A stretch of DNA of 64,000 bases from the human T2T-CHM13v2.0 reference genome, Homo sapiens (GCF_009914755.1 NC_060925.1); one strand, 5' to 3'; shown: positions 13,721-28,447, counted from the stretch's first letter. Notes: a model not told the origin generated them from the letters alone. Numbers and translations: made by a program.

Positions 13721-13985
13721 AGTTCTTATGCGATAGTGGACAGGGATGGATTTATGAGTCAAGAAGAGCAACTGCACGGCGTCTGGAAGGCGTGCTGGCC
13801 CTGGGCTCTCAGGTGGAGGCTGTTTGCATGATCAGCAGATAGGAAGGTACCATGGATTCAGGAGTGGTCTGAATACCAGAGCAGGCAAGCCAAGTGAGCA
13901 AGGGGAGGGAGACGAGAGGTGCCAGGAAAACCCTGTCTCATGAGAAGATGATGATCCTAGAAGGCTTAGAAGAGTGTCCACCCCA

Positions 13986-14283
13986 GGCCAGGTGCGGTGG
14001 CTCACACCTGTAATCCCAGCACTTTGGGAGGCCGAGGGGGGTGGATCATGAGGTCAGGAGCTCCTGGCTAACACGGTGAAACCCCATCTCTACTAAAAAT
14101 ACAAAAACAAAATTAGCCAGGCATGGTGGCGGGCACCTGTAGTCCCAGCTACTCGGTGGCTGAGGTGGGAGAATGGCATGAAGCCGGGAGGTGGAGCTTG
14201 CAGTGAGCCAAGATCGTGCCACTGCAGTCCAGCCTGGGCGACAGAGTGAGGCTCTGTCTCCAAAAAAAAAAAAAAAAAAAAAA
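13986..14283 (+). mobile_element. AluY-family SINE with about 10-bp deletion in the left arm
   Basis: Y diagnostics; GTCAGGAG|CTCCTGGCTAACACGG lacks the B-box segment; 16-bp TSD AAGAGTGTCCACCCCA (13970-13985 and 14282-14297). Confidence 0.9.
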
Positions 14284-15059
14284 GAGTGTCCACCCCAGTG
14301 CCCCCATCCACAGGGCTGCTGCTGCTGAGCACCCATGCCCTTGGGTGACCCACTCTCCTGCTCAGGGGCCCAGAGGATGCTTCTTTCTTCTTCCTGGGCA
14401 CTTTCCCCTGAGTTTTGGTTTAAAAGATAGAATTCCCGATGAAGCCAGCTTGCTGCAGTCCTGTAGCCCCACATCTCCATATGCGATCCTTTGAGGGAGG
14501 CTGAGCATCCCTGCATCTCTGAATGGGAGACATGTTTCCACCTTGGCTCCTGGGGGCACTGGGGCCATTTTCCTGGTGTTCTGAGCACTCTTTCTGCAGA
14601 AGAAGACACTCTCAGATGGTAGATTTTGTGGATTTCAGTAAGTAGAGTCCTTCAGGAGTCTCTAGGCAGAAAGCACCTGAGTTGACAGCAAGAACTGAGA
14701 GTTCTGGGTCTGCCTCTAGATGGCTGTTTGCCTATTCCAGCCTCACTGTCCCCATATCCAGATGGAATGACATGAGCATATGGGCAGGACAAGCCACCTT
14801 TGTCCATAAGGCGGGGTACACGCCACCAAGACTAAGACTGAAGCCTAGGCAAGACTTAGAGTATTTGTGGCTTCAGAGAAACATCAAATTGAGAGGAAGA
14901 TCGAGTGATAGGAAAACTGAAGCCAGAGAAGTAAGTATTTTGTATGTAGAGTATCATTTTCCAATCATCGCTGGTGTGATAAAACAGCAAACGTCACTGC
15001 TTATTGAAAGCAACTAGACAGTATGTTTGGTGATTGGATTACAAGTTTTCCTTTTAGAT

Positions 15060-15240
15060 AAGGAGAGATTTAATCTGTTTCTGGACTCTTTAGGAGCACC
15101 CTTCCCAGTTTTACAGTTGAGGGACTGGAGACCCTGAGAGGTGAAGGGGCCTGGCTGCACTCACAGTGGAAGTGATCCCACTGGATCTCAGATGTTGAGT
15201 TTCTGACACTCAATCTAGAGCTCTTCTTACCACACATGCT
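15060..15240 (-). mobile_element. MIR
   Basis: CAGTTTTACAGTTGAGGGACTGGAGACCCTGAGAGGTGAAG core. Confidence 0.6.
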
Positions 15241-16004
15241 TCAGTCTACACAGTTCTCCCCCTCTTTTTTTTTCATCTTCTCATCTACTGCCCTTATTCT
15301 CTCTCTCTCTCTCTCTGTAAAACATGTAGGGGCTGTCATAGACGACACTGTGTGAGCGGAAGTTGATGACTTCAATTGTGACAAATATCAGGAGCTCCTC
15401 TCAAAAATTACCTTCACAAAAGCCTTTTAGAAAAGCCATGTTGCTGTCACATGTAGCTATAATTTGGGTTGTGCTCAAAAGACTTAAATTGGTTAATACC
15501 GAAGGGAGGTGTGGTTTATTCTGTATTTGTTGTTCTAGTACTTCTTGGGTTTGGGGGCTGCTGTTATGAGAAATGGCTTCTCCTAGACTCCAGAATGTGC
15601 TTAGAGAGTGTTTTTCTCTTTGAATTGCTAAAAATGTTATTTCCTCTCTCCTGGATTTTTCAAGGTGTGCAATAAGTTGTGTAGTTGCTGCTCTGCTGCA
15701 CAGAGCTTTAATATAAACTGCGTATTTTCACTCTGTATGTGTGAGTAATCTGTGCCTTCTATGGCTCTGATCGTGGGTAAGCAAAAAACACAGTGACTGC
15801 TGAAATATAGGGATGGAAATTTCTTTGTCAGTAAAGATCCTATGAAATCATATACTGAGCATACGTAAAATATGGAATTGTCTCTGCAGTATTGATCGAG
15901 CACAAATCCACTTTCGTAAAGCAAAAATAAAGGTCAAACAGAAAAGGCACATCACTGGTTTTTAAAATTTTTTGAATAATAAGTACTTGAAATTCCTTAA
16001 AAAT

Positions 16005-16290
16005 GACACTATATATGATTTAACTTAGATAGCTAGAATAGTCAAATACATAGAAACAGAAAGTAGAATGCTTATTGCCAGGGGCTCCAGCCCTGGTGAG
16101 GGAGGAATGGGGAGTTAAGTGTAATAGGTGCTGGGTTTTAGAGATGTTGACAAAGTTCTGAAGATAGATGGTGGTGATGGTTGCACAGTAGTGTGTGGGT
16201 ATACTTGATTCCAATAAACTGTACACTTAAAATGGTTAAAGTGGTAAATTTTATGTAATGTATATTTAATTGCAATAAAAAGGATAAATA
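16005..16290 (+). mobile_element. L1MB-like 3' end
   Basis: ATAGAAACAGAAAGTAGAATG...CTGTACACTTAAAATGGTTAAAGTGGTAAATTTTATG...AATAAAAA. Confidence 0.75.
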
Positions 16291-16631
16291 AATGATACCA
16301 TATCCTCGTGATTTCAGATACATCTCTTACTTACTGATCATTCCTCCTGAGAATGTGTTCTGTCTCCATGCTGATTATGTTTCCTGTTCTCTTCCTTTGG
16401 GTGCTGTGTTCAGCATTTTTAATTTTTTTAATAGTTAATGCTATGCTCACATTTTCCTCCCGTGACAAAGAGTGGGAATAAGCGTGGCACATGTGTCTCT
16501 CACCATCTGTTTGATAGCTGCACAGAAGCCTTAGGAAACTGAGGGATAGACACGCTCCCACTGAGTTACTCAACACTGCTGCTTCCTTGTCCTCTGGCTG
16601 AAGGCTAAACCCTGCCTTCTACTGTTTACAA

Positions 16632-16852
16632 CAGGAGTGTCCAATCTTTCGGCTTCCCTGGGCCACACTTGAAGGAGGAGAATTGTCTTGGGCCACACAT
16701 AAAATACACTAACACTAACAATAGCTGATGAGCTAAAAAAGAAAATTGCAAAAAAAAAATCTCATAATATTTTAAGAAAGTTTACGAATTTGTATTGGGC
16801 CACATTCAAAGCCATCCTGGGCTGCATACAGCCTCTGGGTTGGACAAGCTTG
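16632..16852. mobile_element. MER30 hAT-Charlie MITE
   Basis: CAGGAGTGTCCAATCTTT...TTGGACAAGCTTG; diagnostic AAAATACACTAACACTAAC. Confidence 0.85.
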
Positions 16853-16865
16853 GTCTAACATATAG

Positions 16866-17305
16866 TGTTAATAGGATATTTGAGGTGGAGTAAGACCAAT
16901 AGATCAGGAGGTAATTGCCACTGAAAACATAGTTAATTACTCACAGATCCTGTGTCATGCCACGTGAGGAAGCACCAGGGTGGGTCAGGAGACAGACGGA
17001 GCAGGGAAATAAGGTCAAGAGACTTTATTGTGGTTTCTGCAGGAAGGAATGCTGAGAGAGAGCAAGCCCATTGAGGACTGGGTAGTTTGAATAATTCCAG
17101 TGGGCTCTGGGATGTAGGGGCTGCCCCTAGTTGTTTGGTACCTGGTCTGGGGTGATTAGGGCAGGGGATAGTGGTCCTGAGTGTAAGATCCCAATAAGAG
17201 GAGTTGTTGGGTGGTGTGGGCGTCACCTGCTGTTCCATTGGCCTTTAGCCAGGGCCTGAGAGCTGGGTCAAGATAACATAATTAAAAAAACGATATTATA
17301 CCCAC
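16866..17305 (-). mobile_element. ERVL LTR (MER54/MER74-group-like)
   Basis: GACCAATAGATCAGGAG; CTTTATTGTGGTTTC; GGGCTGCCCCTAGTTGTTTGGTACCTGG. Confidence 0.6.
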
Positions 17306-18401
17306 CAGACTATTTCTTCCTGGTAGAAAGCACCACAGATCCATATGGACTTGGATGGATCTGTGGACAGATTCCATGTTTGAGAAGTAGCCATAACCTG
17401 CGGCCTTCCCCTTTCTACAATGCAGACTCCATCCTCAGTTCAACAGAAGTTTCACAGGTATCTTTACAGGTGTTTCCTGAGTCAGCCGATCAGGTGAATT
17501 GTTTGACCCCATTGCCAAGAATATTTCTGGCTGGAGGTTCCGAATACCTCAAAGAGAAAGTCCCTGCTTGAAAGAGTCTCCTGCCCCCGCACCACCTTAG
17601 AACAGTTGCTGGCATTGATTGCTCTACCAAGAGAAAAATGCTGATACTTGACAAACTATTGACACACCTGGGAATGGCCACATAATGTTGGATAATGTTA
17701 ATGCCACAGGTGGAGGACGTGGGTGTCAGGAAGAAGAAGCAGTATATGATTCCACAACAGTAATTTCATTCTTCAAGAAGATTGATTCTATTGGGAATGA
17801 TTTTTCCCATTAAGCATGAAACACAGAGAATTCTTGGTGGATCCATTCATTTAGCAAGCAGTTTTGTGGAAGACAGCATGTATGACTGCCAAGGGTGTGG
17901 GGTGTGGTGTCCAAGTAGTGCCTTCATGGCTCCCTCACTTATAAACTGTGTCCTTGAGTAAACTGCTGAACCCTGTGGTGCCTTGGTGTCCTCACCAATA
18001 AAATAGAGGTAAAGATACAAGCTCACTGGTTTCCTGTGAGGACTAAAGAACACCTGTGAAAAGATTATTAACTATGTTAGAGAGGAGGGTGATGATACTA
18101 ATTGGAAACAAATAAGGTACTAAAACAAGTGAGACGTGATCTTCACTCTGATGGAATCCAGTGGGGGAAATGAATATAAAAACAGGCAATTATAAAAAAA
18201 AAAATGGTAAGTCTGCTGATATGGAGTACACTTTCTAGGGGCATCAGGATAGACAAACATAGAAGAAAAATAATATTTGATTTGAGCCTTAATGGATAAA
18301 TAAATAAATAAATAACGGGGAGAAAGATGATTCCTAGAGTAGGGAGTATCTCATGCAAATGACTGAGAAGCTTGATTAAGTTAATGTTTAAGAATGTGGC
18401 A

Positions 18402-18704
18402 GGCCAGGTATAGTGGCTCATACCTGTAATCCAAGCACTTTGGGAGGCCGACTCAGGTGGATCACCTGTGGTCAGGAGTTCAAGACTAGCCTGGCCAAAA
18501 TGGCGAAACCCTATCTCTACTAAAAAATACAAAAATTAGCCAGGCATGGTGGCTGGTGCCTGTAGTTCCAGCTACTCAGGAGGTTGAGGTAGGAGAATTG
18601 CTTAGGCTCAGGTGGTTGAAGCTGCAGTTAGCTGTGTTCATGTCACTGCACTCCTGCCTGGGTGACACAGCAAGACCACCATCTCAAAAACAAAAACAAA
18701 AAAC
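18402..18704 (+). mobile_element. Old Alu (AluJb/Sz-like)
   Basis: Dimer; (CAAAAA)n tail; TSD AATGTGGCA. Confidence 0.9.
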
Positions 18705-18980
18705 AATGTGGCATATTAAAAATTAAAATCACAATAAAATCAGAGGGTACATTGTGAGAAGTTAATAGCAGGAGATAAGGTTGAAAAAAAAACTTGAACC
18801 CAGGTTTAAAAGACCTTGGATCATGTGTATATGTGCGGTTAATAAAATTCGATAGTCTAGAAAGCTTTAAATGCAATATAAAGAGGACTATCTTAGTTGA
18901 GCAGGCACTTATTAAAATTCTCAGCATAAAATAACAGAGTATAGGACAGAAAATTATCTTGGAAATTTAATAAAAGGTTA

Positions 18981-19395
18981 TATATTAGTCAGCTCCTGCT
19001 TTGATAATGTAGTATAACAAACAGCCCCCAAATCTCAGTTGTTTATATGAAAGCATGTATTTCTTGCTCATGGACTTGTGCGTCATCTTGTGGCTTTGCC
19101 ATGTGTTTGTAGGTTGGGTCAGATCTACTTTGAGTAATTCTGGGACTGGGCTACCTGCGGGGCATGCTATTCTCATGGTAGACTGGAGGAAGGAAGATAG
19201 ATAGGAAGACAATCATACAAGGGCATATAAAGCCTCTGGGTGGGCGTGGCATACGTTAGGACCACTGGTGTTCCATTGGCAAATGCAAGTCACCTGGTCA
19301 CATCCAGAGGCATGGGGAGATGACGCTTACTCTGCCTGTACTGAAGAGAAAGGAGAGAAGGAGGACTTATGAACAATGAATACAATCTACCACTG
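18981..19395 (-). mobile_element. Old MaLR LTR (MLT1K/L-like)
   Basis: TATTAGTCAG...TAACAAACAGCCCCCAAATCTCAGT; CCATTGGCAAATGCAAGTCAC; TCTACCAC end. Confidence 0.65.
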
Positions 19396-19744
19396 ATGGT
19401 CATTAATGGCCTCAAAAATATCACAAAGACATGAAAGCCCTGCAGTGGCTTCCAAGGATCTTCTTATTAGAAATGATATGAGGGATAGAGCAGTTTACCA
19501 CATACCACAAACGTGTATACCAGCATGTGTATACTAGTTTGGGAATTCGTAGTTTTGAGTATGGAAGTATGGGAAGTGAAAAGAAGGGAGAAGTAGAAGT
19601 GTTGGGTGTGGTATTGCATACACTGGCTGGAGACAGGAAGGAACAACGATCTTCTAATATAAACTTTAAAATGGTCCCAGAGTAAAGATATAATAGTGAT
19701 CAGAGATTTCACTCCATGAACATATGAATGTCTAATTTGTCTCT

Positions 19745-21290
19745 TGATATTTAACTTTTAACATGAAATATTTCAGAAATATAGAAAGGTACAGAAAAAA
19801 ACATAGTGGACACCCATGTATAGTAGATGCTAACATTTTACCACATTTGATTCAAGTGAACCTATGAGTTTATTTTTAGTGTTGTTCTTTTTAATTAAGA
19901 AAATATTACAGATACACAAATGTTGTATATTCTACTATTCTACTCTGGATTGTCTTTTTTTCCCTCAGTGTTTTTGTCATACAAAAAATTTTAAAACTTT
20001 TAAATAAGATGACTTTATCTTTTCCTTCTTTTTTTTCTATTTCTTGTTTAATAAGTTCTTTCCTACTCCCAGGATCATGTGAATGTTTTCTGTATTTTCT
20101 TCTAATTTAAAAAGTTTTGTTCTGTAGCTTTACTTTTTAAAAACATTTTTTAAAATTTCCATCTGGAATTTTTGATGTGTTTGGTGTCAGAGATATAATT
20201 TTGTCTTTTTACATATCAATCAGTATCTAATAGCATCATGACCTCTACAGATTTGTGTGTCATCTGTTGTGTGTGTGTGTGTGTGTGTGTGTGTGCATCT
20301 TTTTATAAGTCCCCATACTCTTCCATTGATCTGTTTGTTTCTTTCTGAATTAATACCACACTATAATTGCTATAGCATTAGAGGACATTCTGATATGTGG
20401 TATGACAGCTCTCCCTCTCCCCATCTTATCACATGCACACACACACACCCACACACACACACACGGACTGAGCATCCTTTGTCTTCAAAGTTGTCATGAC
20501 TACTAATGGGAATATTTAATCAATTTATATTTAATATAATGATGAATAGGTTTGACTTTAAATCTACTATCTTGCTAGTGGTTTTCTATTTGTCCCATCT
20601 GTTTTTTTTTTCTTTTTTGCTCTTTTCTGCCTTCCTTTAGAACTGAGTATTTTTTAGTATTCTATTTTATCTCTTTTTTGAATTATTGTTATCCCACTTT
20701 GTTTTATTTTCCTCAGTGGTTGCTTTAGGGTTCATTCTAGGCATCTTTAACTTGTCATAGTTTCCTTTCAAACAATATTATTCCACTTTATGTGTAAGTA
20801 TATCTAATGAATAATATATTTAAAATTTTTATAATATAAAGCCTCATAAATACTTTATATGTATACTGTCACTCACACACTATATATCACTACATATTTG
20901 TATATTTCCCCCATATATGTATCTCCCTCGTATATATGTGTGTGTGTATATATATATATATGAGAGAGATAAATAATTTTACAACAGCATACTTACATTT
21001 TTCCCTCCTGTCATTTGTGTTACAGTTGTCATACTTTTACTTCCACATATGTTGTAAATTCAGATCAATAAGGTTTTAAAAATTAAATTATTGTTTTCTT
21101 TCCTGGGATAAACTCTATTATTCTTTACCACTGTGCTAGATTTTTTTTTTTACTAATTCTTAAAGCATTTTTGCATCCATATTAATAAATGGAATTAACT
21201 GTAATTTTGTTTCTTCATACTATCTTTCCCCGTTTTGGAATCAAGGCTGTACCAGTCTCATAAAATAACTGGGAAGTTTTCCATCTTCTT
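19745..21290 (-). mobile_element. Patchwork of degraded old L1M fragments with (TG)n, (CA)n and (TA)n repeats
   Basis: T-rich L1-like motifs (TCCATCTGGAATT, TCTACTATCTTGCTAGTGGTTTTCTATTTGTCCC, TTTTGCATCCATATT). Confidence 0.55.
20268..20295. repeat. (TG)n microsatellite
   Basis: Direct reading. Confidence 0.95.
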
Positions 21291-22399
21291 ATTCTCCCTG
21301 GGCATCATCCTCACCTACCTGAACTACTGCAGTTGCCTCAGAACCGGTTTTCGCCCTCTCATCCTTGTCTTACAGTACACCTTTGCCCCAAATTCATTTC
21401 CTACAATGCAGTGATTCTTCTAAAATACGCATCCCTTCATGCTGCTCCCTGGTCTAGAACACGTCACAGTTCATGGCTTATTGTCGTAGCTCAGTAATTC
21501 CTTGTTTTCTGGGGTTTCTCTAGCATCATACAGGCTGAAATGGTGTCATGTGATTCCAGAGGCCAAAAGGCTGGTGTGGAGTCACGGCAACTTTCCTACC
21601 ACTACATTCCCCCTTCCTATGAGTTTCATCGTACCAATGATGGCTGTTCATAGCCGACTGCATCATTTTCCATGAAATTACTGGTGTGGTGTGATCTGGG
21701 GTCGCATTCAATGGGAAAGATTTAGGGAATGGTCATGAGAGTGGCCTCCTGGATGCAGTAACCTGACATACCCTACATTTTCCCTGAACTTGGGGTCCGG
21801 GGCAGGCTTTTGCAACAGGGGTATGGTATTTAAATAATCAGCATAAAACAGCTGCCCATTTTAAAGCTGTCTCTTCATAGAGGTCAGGACAGAACTCTAG
21901 GTATGGCTTCTACTGACAGCTACTCCTTCAGGAGATACAAATTATATGCCGATTCTGACACTTTTGAAAAAGAAACATATCAAATGCAACTTTTTTTTCC
22001 CATTTCAGTTTATGCTTTTCACTGTTCTCCCTTCTTCTAAAAATTGTGGTGTTTCATCTTTCTGATGCTCTTCTAGAAAGTGGGCTAAAGCACTAAAATA
22101 TAATCATTCCAGTTTCATAGAGCCAGACTTGAGGCTTATAGATGTTGTATAAGTGGCTCAGGGACCCAAAATATCTTCTGTGGTGACCCTTGCTTTAAAT
22201 CTCAGGGCTATGTTTTCTTAGACTGTCTGAGCACCAGTTTCCTCATAGAATGTGGCAGATTGAGGAAGATTGTATCTAAAGCACCAACATAGTGTCTGGC
22301 ACCATGTCGTTCAGTAAATATTATACCTGTGAAATACATCAAATAGAGGCGCCACTGCTGGGAAGTGAAGTCCTGCCTATAATTGAGTTTAACAATTCC

Positions 22400-22745
22400 A
22401 TAGAAGATTTTTTTGAATACTGATGTGCAAGGTGACTGGCCTCATGTCAGATTCTGTGAGTAAAACAAAGGTAATTGAGCAATGGTTCCCACCCTTCTGG
22501 CATCACTGACTGTTACGGGATCTAGAAACATACATGATCAGACACGTGAACCCACGGGGCCAACACCACAGCAGGAGTGAAGAAGGAGCTGGAAGGGGAA
22601 GGTGGGGATTCAGTTTGCCTGGCAGGGCATGGTAAGACTTCAGAAAGGAAGTGACATTGGAGGTACATCTTGAAGGATGAGTGGGATTTCAACAGACAGA
22701 AGCTGTAGGGCTGAGCACTTGAAACAGAGGGAGGACATATTGCAG
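22400..22745 (-). mobile_element. L2 fragment (MIR piece just upstream, about 22190-22325)
   Basis: AAGACTTCAGAAAGGAAGTGACATTGGAGG...CTTGAAGGATGAGTGGG. Confidence 0.55.
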
Positions 22746-24165
22746 CCAAACCTCGGTGAACTGACTTGGGTACGCTTCTGCCAGAATAAGAAGAGGTCTT
22801 GAATTAATAGTCAAACCTGATATAGCTTCTTTGTCACTGTGTCTTTTCCTTGAAATGAATGGAACTTTTTGATTTTTTATCCTTACTTTTCTCCTCTCTG
22901 GGTTACAGTGGCAGGTTGTTTTATCTTCCCCTGATGAATTGACCGGTCCAGAGAGCATTTCAGTTATCATTTATGGAACAAGGCCAAAATATTTCTTTCA
23001 CACATACAGCGCAGACTAAATCGTCTTTTTCTTTATCTTTTTTTTTTCCTTTAACAACCTCCAGCCTATTTGTGGCATCTGAAAAACTTTGCGGCAGCAT
23101 TTTACAGCCATTTATTGTAGAGTCTGTTGCTTTGGGCTGCTGTCAGTGCTCTGACACAAAGTTTCCCATCTGATTTTGAGCTGGTCACCGTGTGCTGTTG
23201 TAGTAACAGGGCCTCCTGGTGCATTGAAACACCTGGTTTACTTCACATTTGATCACTGGCATGTTCAAGAACAGATAGAGCTTTGTCTGTCATTTGCTCT
23301 TTTTGGGTTAGCTTAAGCTAGGGATGTTTTATTTTAGGTTTTTTTCTTAAAATCAGAGAAAATCTAGCTTCAAAACTCAAGTGCTAAAACACCAAAATAG
23401 TGTTATAGAGGCACATTCCTGGGGCAGGGGAGAGGTGGCCCTCGATTAAATATATACGAGCAAGTATTTATTGAATCTCATTTTAAGGACATTTGCATTT
23501 CATGAGAAGTGAGAGGTGTGGTTGCTGCCCTCAAGAGACTTATAACAGAACTAGGGAGAAAGATACAGCCACATTAGACAAAACAGCAAGATGTAATCAA
23601 GTGAACCAAAGCAGTATCACATGTACACAGGAGTGTGAGCAGAGAGTTAAATCTATGTATATTCACTTTAGGTCATTTATAACCTTGACCTCCAGCAAAT
23701 GTTTAACAATGGTTATAATAATATTTCTTACAATTACACATAATAACCCATCCGTGCAAATGTCTGTGTACTTGGGCCCTAAAAATATAACATACTGATT
23801 CTAGGAAGAATGCATATTCTTGTCACTGTTTTCATGTTCAGAAGGAACTCAGGGGTGGGCCAGTTCTGGAGTCCATGCAGCTGGACAGACTCTGGAAGGT
23901 GAAGGACCCTTGCCCAGGAAGGGCTGAAATCTGTGCTGGGCAGAGTGAGTGAAGGGAAGGATGTTTTGATTGACCGAAGATTTTCTTTAATTGAACTTGA
24001 ATGGGATGACAAGAGGAGAAAAACCTGGACATTTACTTCTTGACCATGGAAAGTTTTGAAGTAAACAGAACACCATAAAACAAAATATAATTTGGGAATT
24101 GAGGTTGAAAATCAACAAGTAAGGTTGGAAAGAGTTGTTGAATGTTCTACATTCACAAATAACTA

Positions 24166-24583
<418 letters not shown>

Positions 24584-24726
24584 TCAGAACACTGACTACT
24601 CAGTGTGGATTTCCCAACCAGCTAGCTACAGTCTGCTTGTCTCTCCTGAGGGTTTTCAGACTAGTTTCCAAAAAGTCAGGAAAAGGGTAGAATTCCACCT
24701 TCCGTTCCCTATTTGGAGCTCTGGGA

Positions 24727-24909
24727 CAGTAGCTGTCACATGATAGTATGCGTCAGAGTCACCTGGTGGGCTTGTTGGAAACACAGGCTGCTGGGTCCCT
24801 GAGCTTCTGATTCAGTAGTCTCAGGTAAGGCCTGAGAATGTGCATTTCTAAGACATTCCCAGGAGACACAGATGCTGCTGGTCTGGGGACCACATTCTGA
24901 GAACCACTG
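24727..24909. mobile_element. MER5A hAT-Charlie MITE
   Basis: TCAGAGTCACCTGG...CTGAGAATGTGCATTTCTAA...TGAGAACCACTG. Confidence 0.8.
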
Positions 24910-27446
24910 CCTTTGGGTGAGTGTGGGCCATGACCTCCTTCCAGGTTCTATACATTGGCCCCTTGACTCATCAAAAGGGTCTTGGTCTATGCTTTGATCT
25001 ATGCCTTTCCTTCAATGTGGCTGTAAGTTTTACCTAATTAAAATGCTGCATCTAGTTTGGATGATCTGATTAATATGGAGGATGAAATTTATAGCAATAA
25101 GTACTCAGAGCTTTGCTCCCTTCCCGATCAAAGCCTGAAGTTTGATTTCTTTATACATATATTTTAATAATAATCATCATTAGTGCTGAAATTAGAGATA
25201 AAATGTCCCAATCATCCCAGTGTATTTTTAGTTTCTAAGCATGAGCATTTGATTATTGTTTTCTGGCGAGTCTGTCGTGTAATCCAGTAATTGCAATAAA
25301 AGAGAAAAGTACTTTTTGCTAATATGGTACAAATAGTTTTGTCCACAGTGATCAAATACAGAGATTTTCCATTCTATGTTATTTTATACCCCTCTCTACT
25401 CCCCTGCTTCCCAAAATAGACACATAATATATACAACTAGATTTATTGGAGCTTCTGATTTATATGAGACTATATAAGTGATTTCAGTGTATCTAGGATA
25501 GAGATTTTGTTCCCAGAGTAAAAGCTTCTGAAGCTGTGCAATGCAAATAAAATTATTTTATTTATTATAGCATTAACTTAAGATGCAGTCTTCTGAATAG
25601 TCTAGCCTGTGTTTGGGATGTAAATTTCTCTTGCACCCTGCTGCCTTTCACGTTTGCTTTCAGCAGGGACTATAGTTTAATCTTTTTCTTCCTCCTTGCC
25701 CCACAACAGGAGATCGCTATTATCAGCTGACACTGAAGCTCCTAAAAAAATCTTAGCTCAGATTCTCTTTGTCCATCTGCAAGCTAGCGCACATTCCCCA
25801 TTCATGGAAAAATACCACTGCGGTGGAGCTTTAAGTCACTGCTGTTCTGCAAGAAATAAATTTTATCACAAGAAGCAGTGGGTGCAGTTAGAAAAAGTCA
25901 TCTAGATCTAAGGGGAGGCTTCAAATAATTCTCCTAATTGGCCTACGTGGTTCACTAGTAGAAAAACCTTTCGTTTTTGTCCTTCAAAAACAAAACTGAG
26001 AGAGTTCCCTGGAGACATTAGTTTGCTAAATGACTTGCCCAAGGTCACCTGGTAATATGACCAAGTGAAGAATTATGGGTTTGTGAACCGTTATATTCGG
26101 TATAAGGCCATATTCTTTTGTTACTTTCTTAGGAAGAGAATCAATGGCTTGTTTCAGAAAGCTTTGCAAGGAATCACTTACTCTTCTGCCATGGGAAAAA
26201 TTGTGTATGCCAGATGCATTTTGTTCATTTTTAAAGAGCTCCTCAATGCTATTGCTGATCTCCTAGGGTAAGAGAAGGACAGGGAGGTTAGACAAGGCAA
26301 CTGGTAGTCTTCTAATGCCTACAGTAATTAATGATAATATTCAGACTAGTTTCATTCATCAAAGCGTATACATTACAGGGTTTGAAAAATAGGCGTATTT
26401 TCTTAGATGCAACAAAATCTACTCTAGCTGCTGCCTCAGGGTGCTCATTACCACCTTTCTAGTCTGCCATGGGTTTGGTTGTGGGACAGAAGTCAGCCAC
26501 ATACAGAACCTCAATGGCAAGGCAATATGGGAAGTGCAGTCCTTTGCTTTAAGTCTCTAGTGTAGAGAAAACATGTTTTGGGGGTGGAATGGTAGACTGG
26601 AGTGGGTTTGAATAAACCAATTGGCAGTAACTGCTGCAGATAGTTCTCAAATGTTATTGCTTCCAATGGGGTGAACTAAGTCATGCAGTGAGCCAATTCT
26701 CTTGCAAATGGCTGGCCTGTCTTCAAACGGCTATCAGAGAAACGTCAATTTCAGAATATGGTTAGATACAGTGTATGGGGATAATTAGTAGATGTCATAA
26801 TGCTATGCAATGGTATTATTCTTATTTAGAAACGAAAATTGAGTAAATTTAATTTTAGAACATTCTAATTTCACCAATTTTGCTTGTCCATAATTTCCTT
26901 AAAATTTGCTCTTAGATGACAGCATGGTGCATGGCAAATGCAGGCTTTGCAAACAATTAGAACCAAGTTCATATCTCAGGGTTGCTTCTTCTTAGCTACC
27001 TAATTGGGGTATGTCACTAAATCTCATTAATTCTCACTGGAGAGGATGCTGATATTGAAGCGTACTGGGAGCATTCGGCCCATGAAGCTCTGTGCACCTT
27101 TAATGAAATCGGGCTTGTATGGCACACTGCAGACACTGACAAATTGTGTGGTAGTTATTCTGCTTCTGACCCAAATGCAATGATGCCATCATCTTCTGAT
27201 CCCATTTTTTCTTGTTCACTGGCACATTTACTTTCCAAACTGTACTTTATTATTATATATTTAATCATGCAGTGTATTGCTTTAATATTGTTCATAGGTT
27301 ATCTCCTGTTTATTTTGTTTCTCAGAGTGACTAGAATCTCTCTCTGTCAGAAGAGAGGGTGTGACTTCTTGCTGCCTTTGCCTTGTATCTTATCCTGAAT
27401 TCTGATTCTAACCTTAGTGCTTGCATCAGTTGTTATGGACCTGGAT

Positions 27447-27719
27447 CAGGGCCACTGTGTATGGTTGTTCAGGTTGAACAGTGAACAAGAGCCCCACGTT
27501 TCATGGGATACCAGTCACTTTGAATATTTATTATATTTATCATATACATAATTATTAAACATATTATATTTATTATACATATTAGGTCTTGTCCTCATAA
27601 AATCAGTACATTATGGCAACTTTTTAACAAAAAGAAGTGAAGTGTCTTAAAGAGGGGCACTGCCTCTTGACTGGCACAGATGCAACGTATGGGCACCACA
27701 GAGGCTAGCAGTGGCCCTG
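27447..27719. mobile_element. hAT MITE (MER91-like)
   Basis: Perfect 11-bp TIRs CAGGGCCACTG...CAGTGGCCCTG; AT-rich interior. Confidence 0.65.
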
Positions 27720-27827
27720 GATAAGTTGATGATCATAGTGGGTGATAGCATAGGTTTTTAAAGTTGTTCACTTATTCATATGACAATTATTTGTTTTTGT
27801 GCATATTATGTAACAGGCAGTATTCTA

Positions 27828-28232
<405 letters not shown>

Positions 28233-28288
28233 TTAGAGCGGTCCTAGCTCCAGGTTGTAGGCTTTGATTTGTCAGTCCTTGATATGTA

Positions 28289-28447
28289 CACGTTGAGTAT
28301 CCCTGTCTAAATCTCTGCGATCTGAAATGCTCCAAAGTCTGAAACTTTTTGAACACCAACATGATGCTCAAATAAAGTGCTCATTGGAGCATTTTAAATC
28401 TGAAACACTTTGGTTGCAAGCATTTTGAATGAAGGATGCTGAGCCTG
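28289..28447. mobile_element. Internally deleted Tigger4a/MER46A
   Basis: CACGTTGAGTATCCCT...GGATGCTGAGCCTG with TA flanks. Confidence 0.75.

Noticed and set aside
14046-14609. 187-aa ORF and the other Alu-overlapping ORFs
   Set aside because: Typical antisense-Alu peptides plus random flank; no domain or splice support
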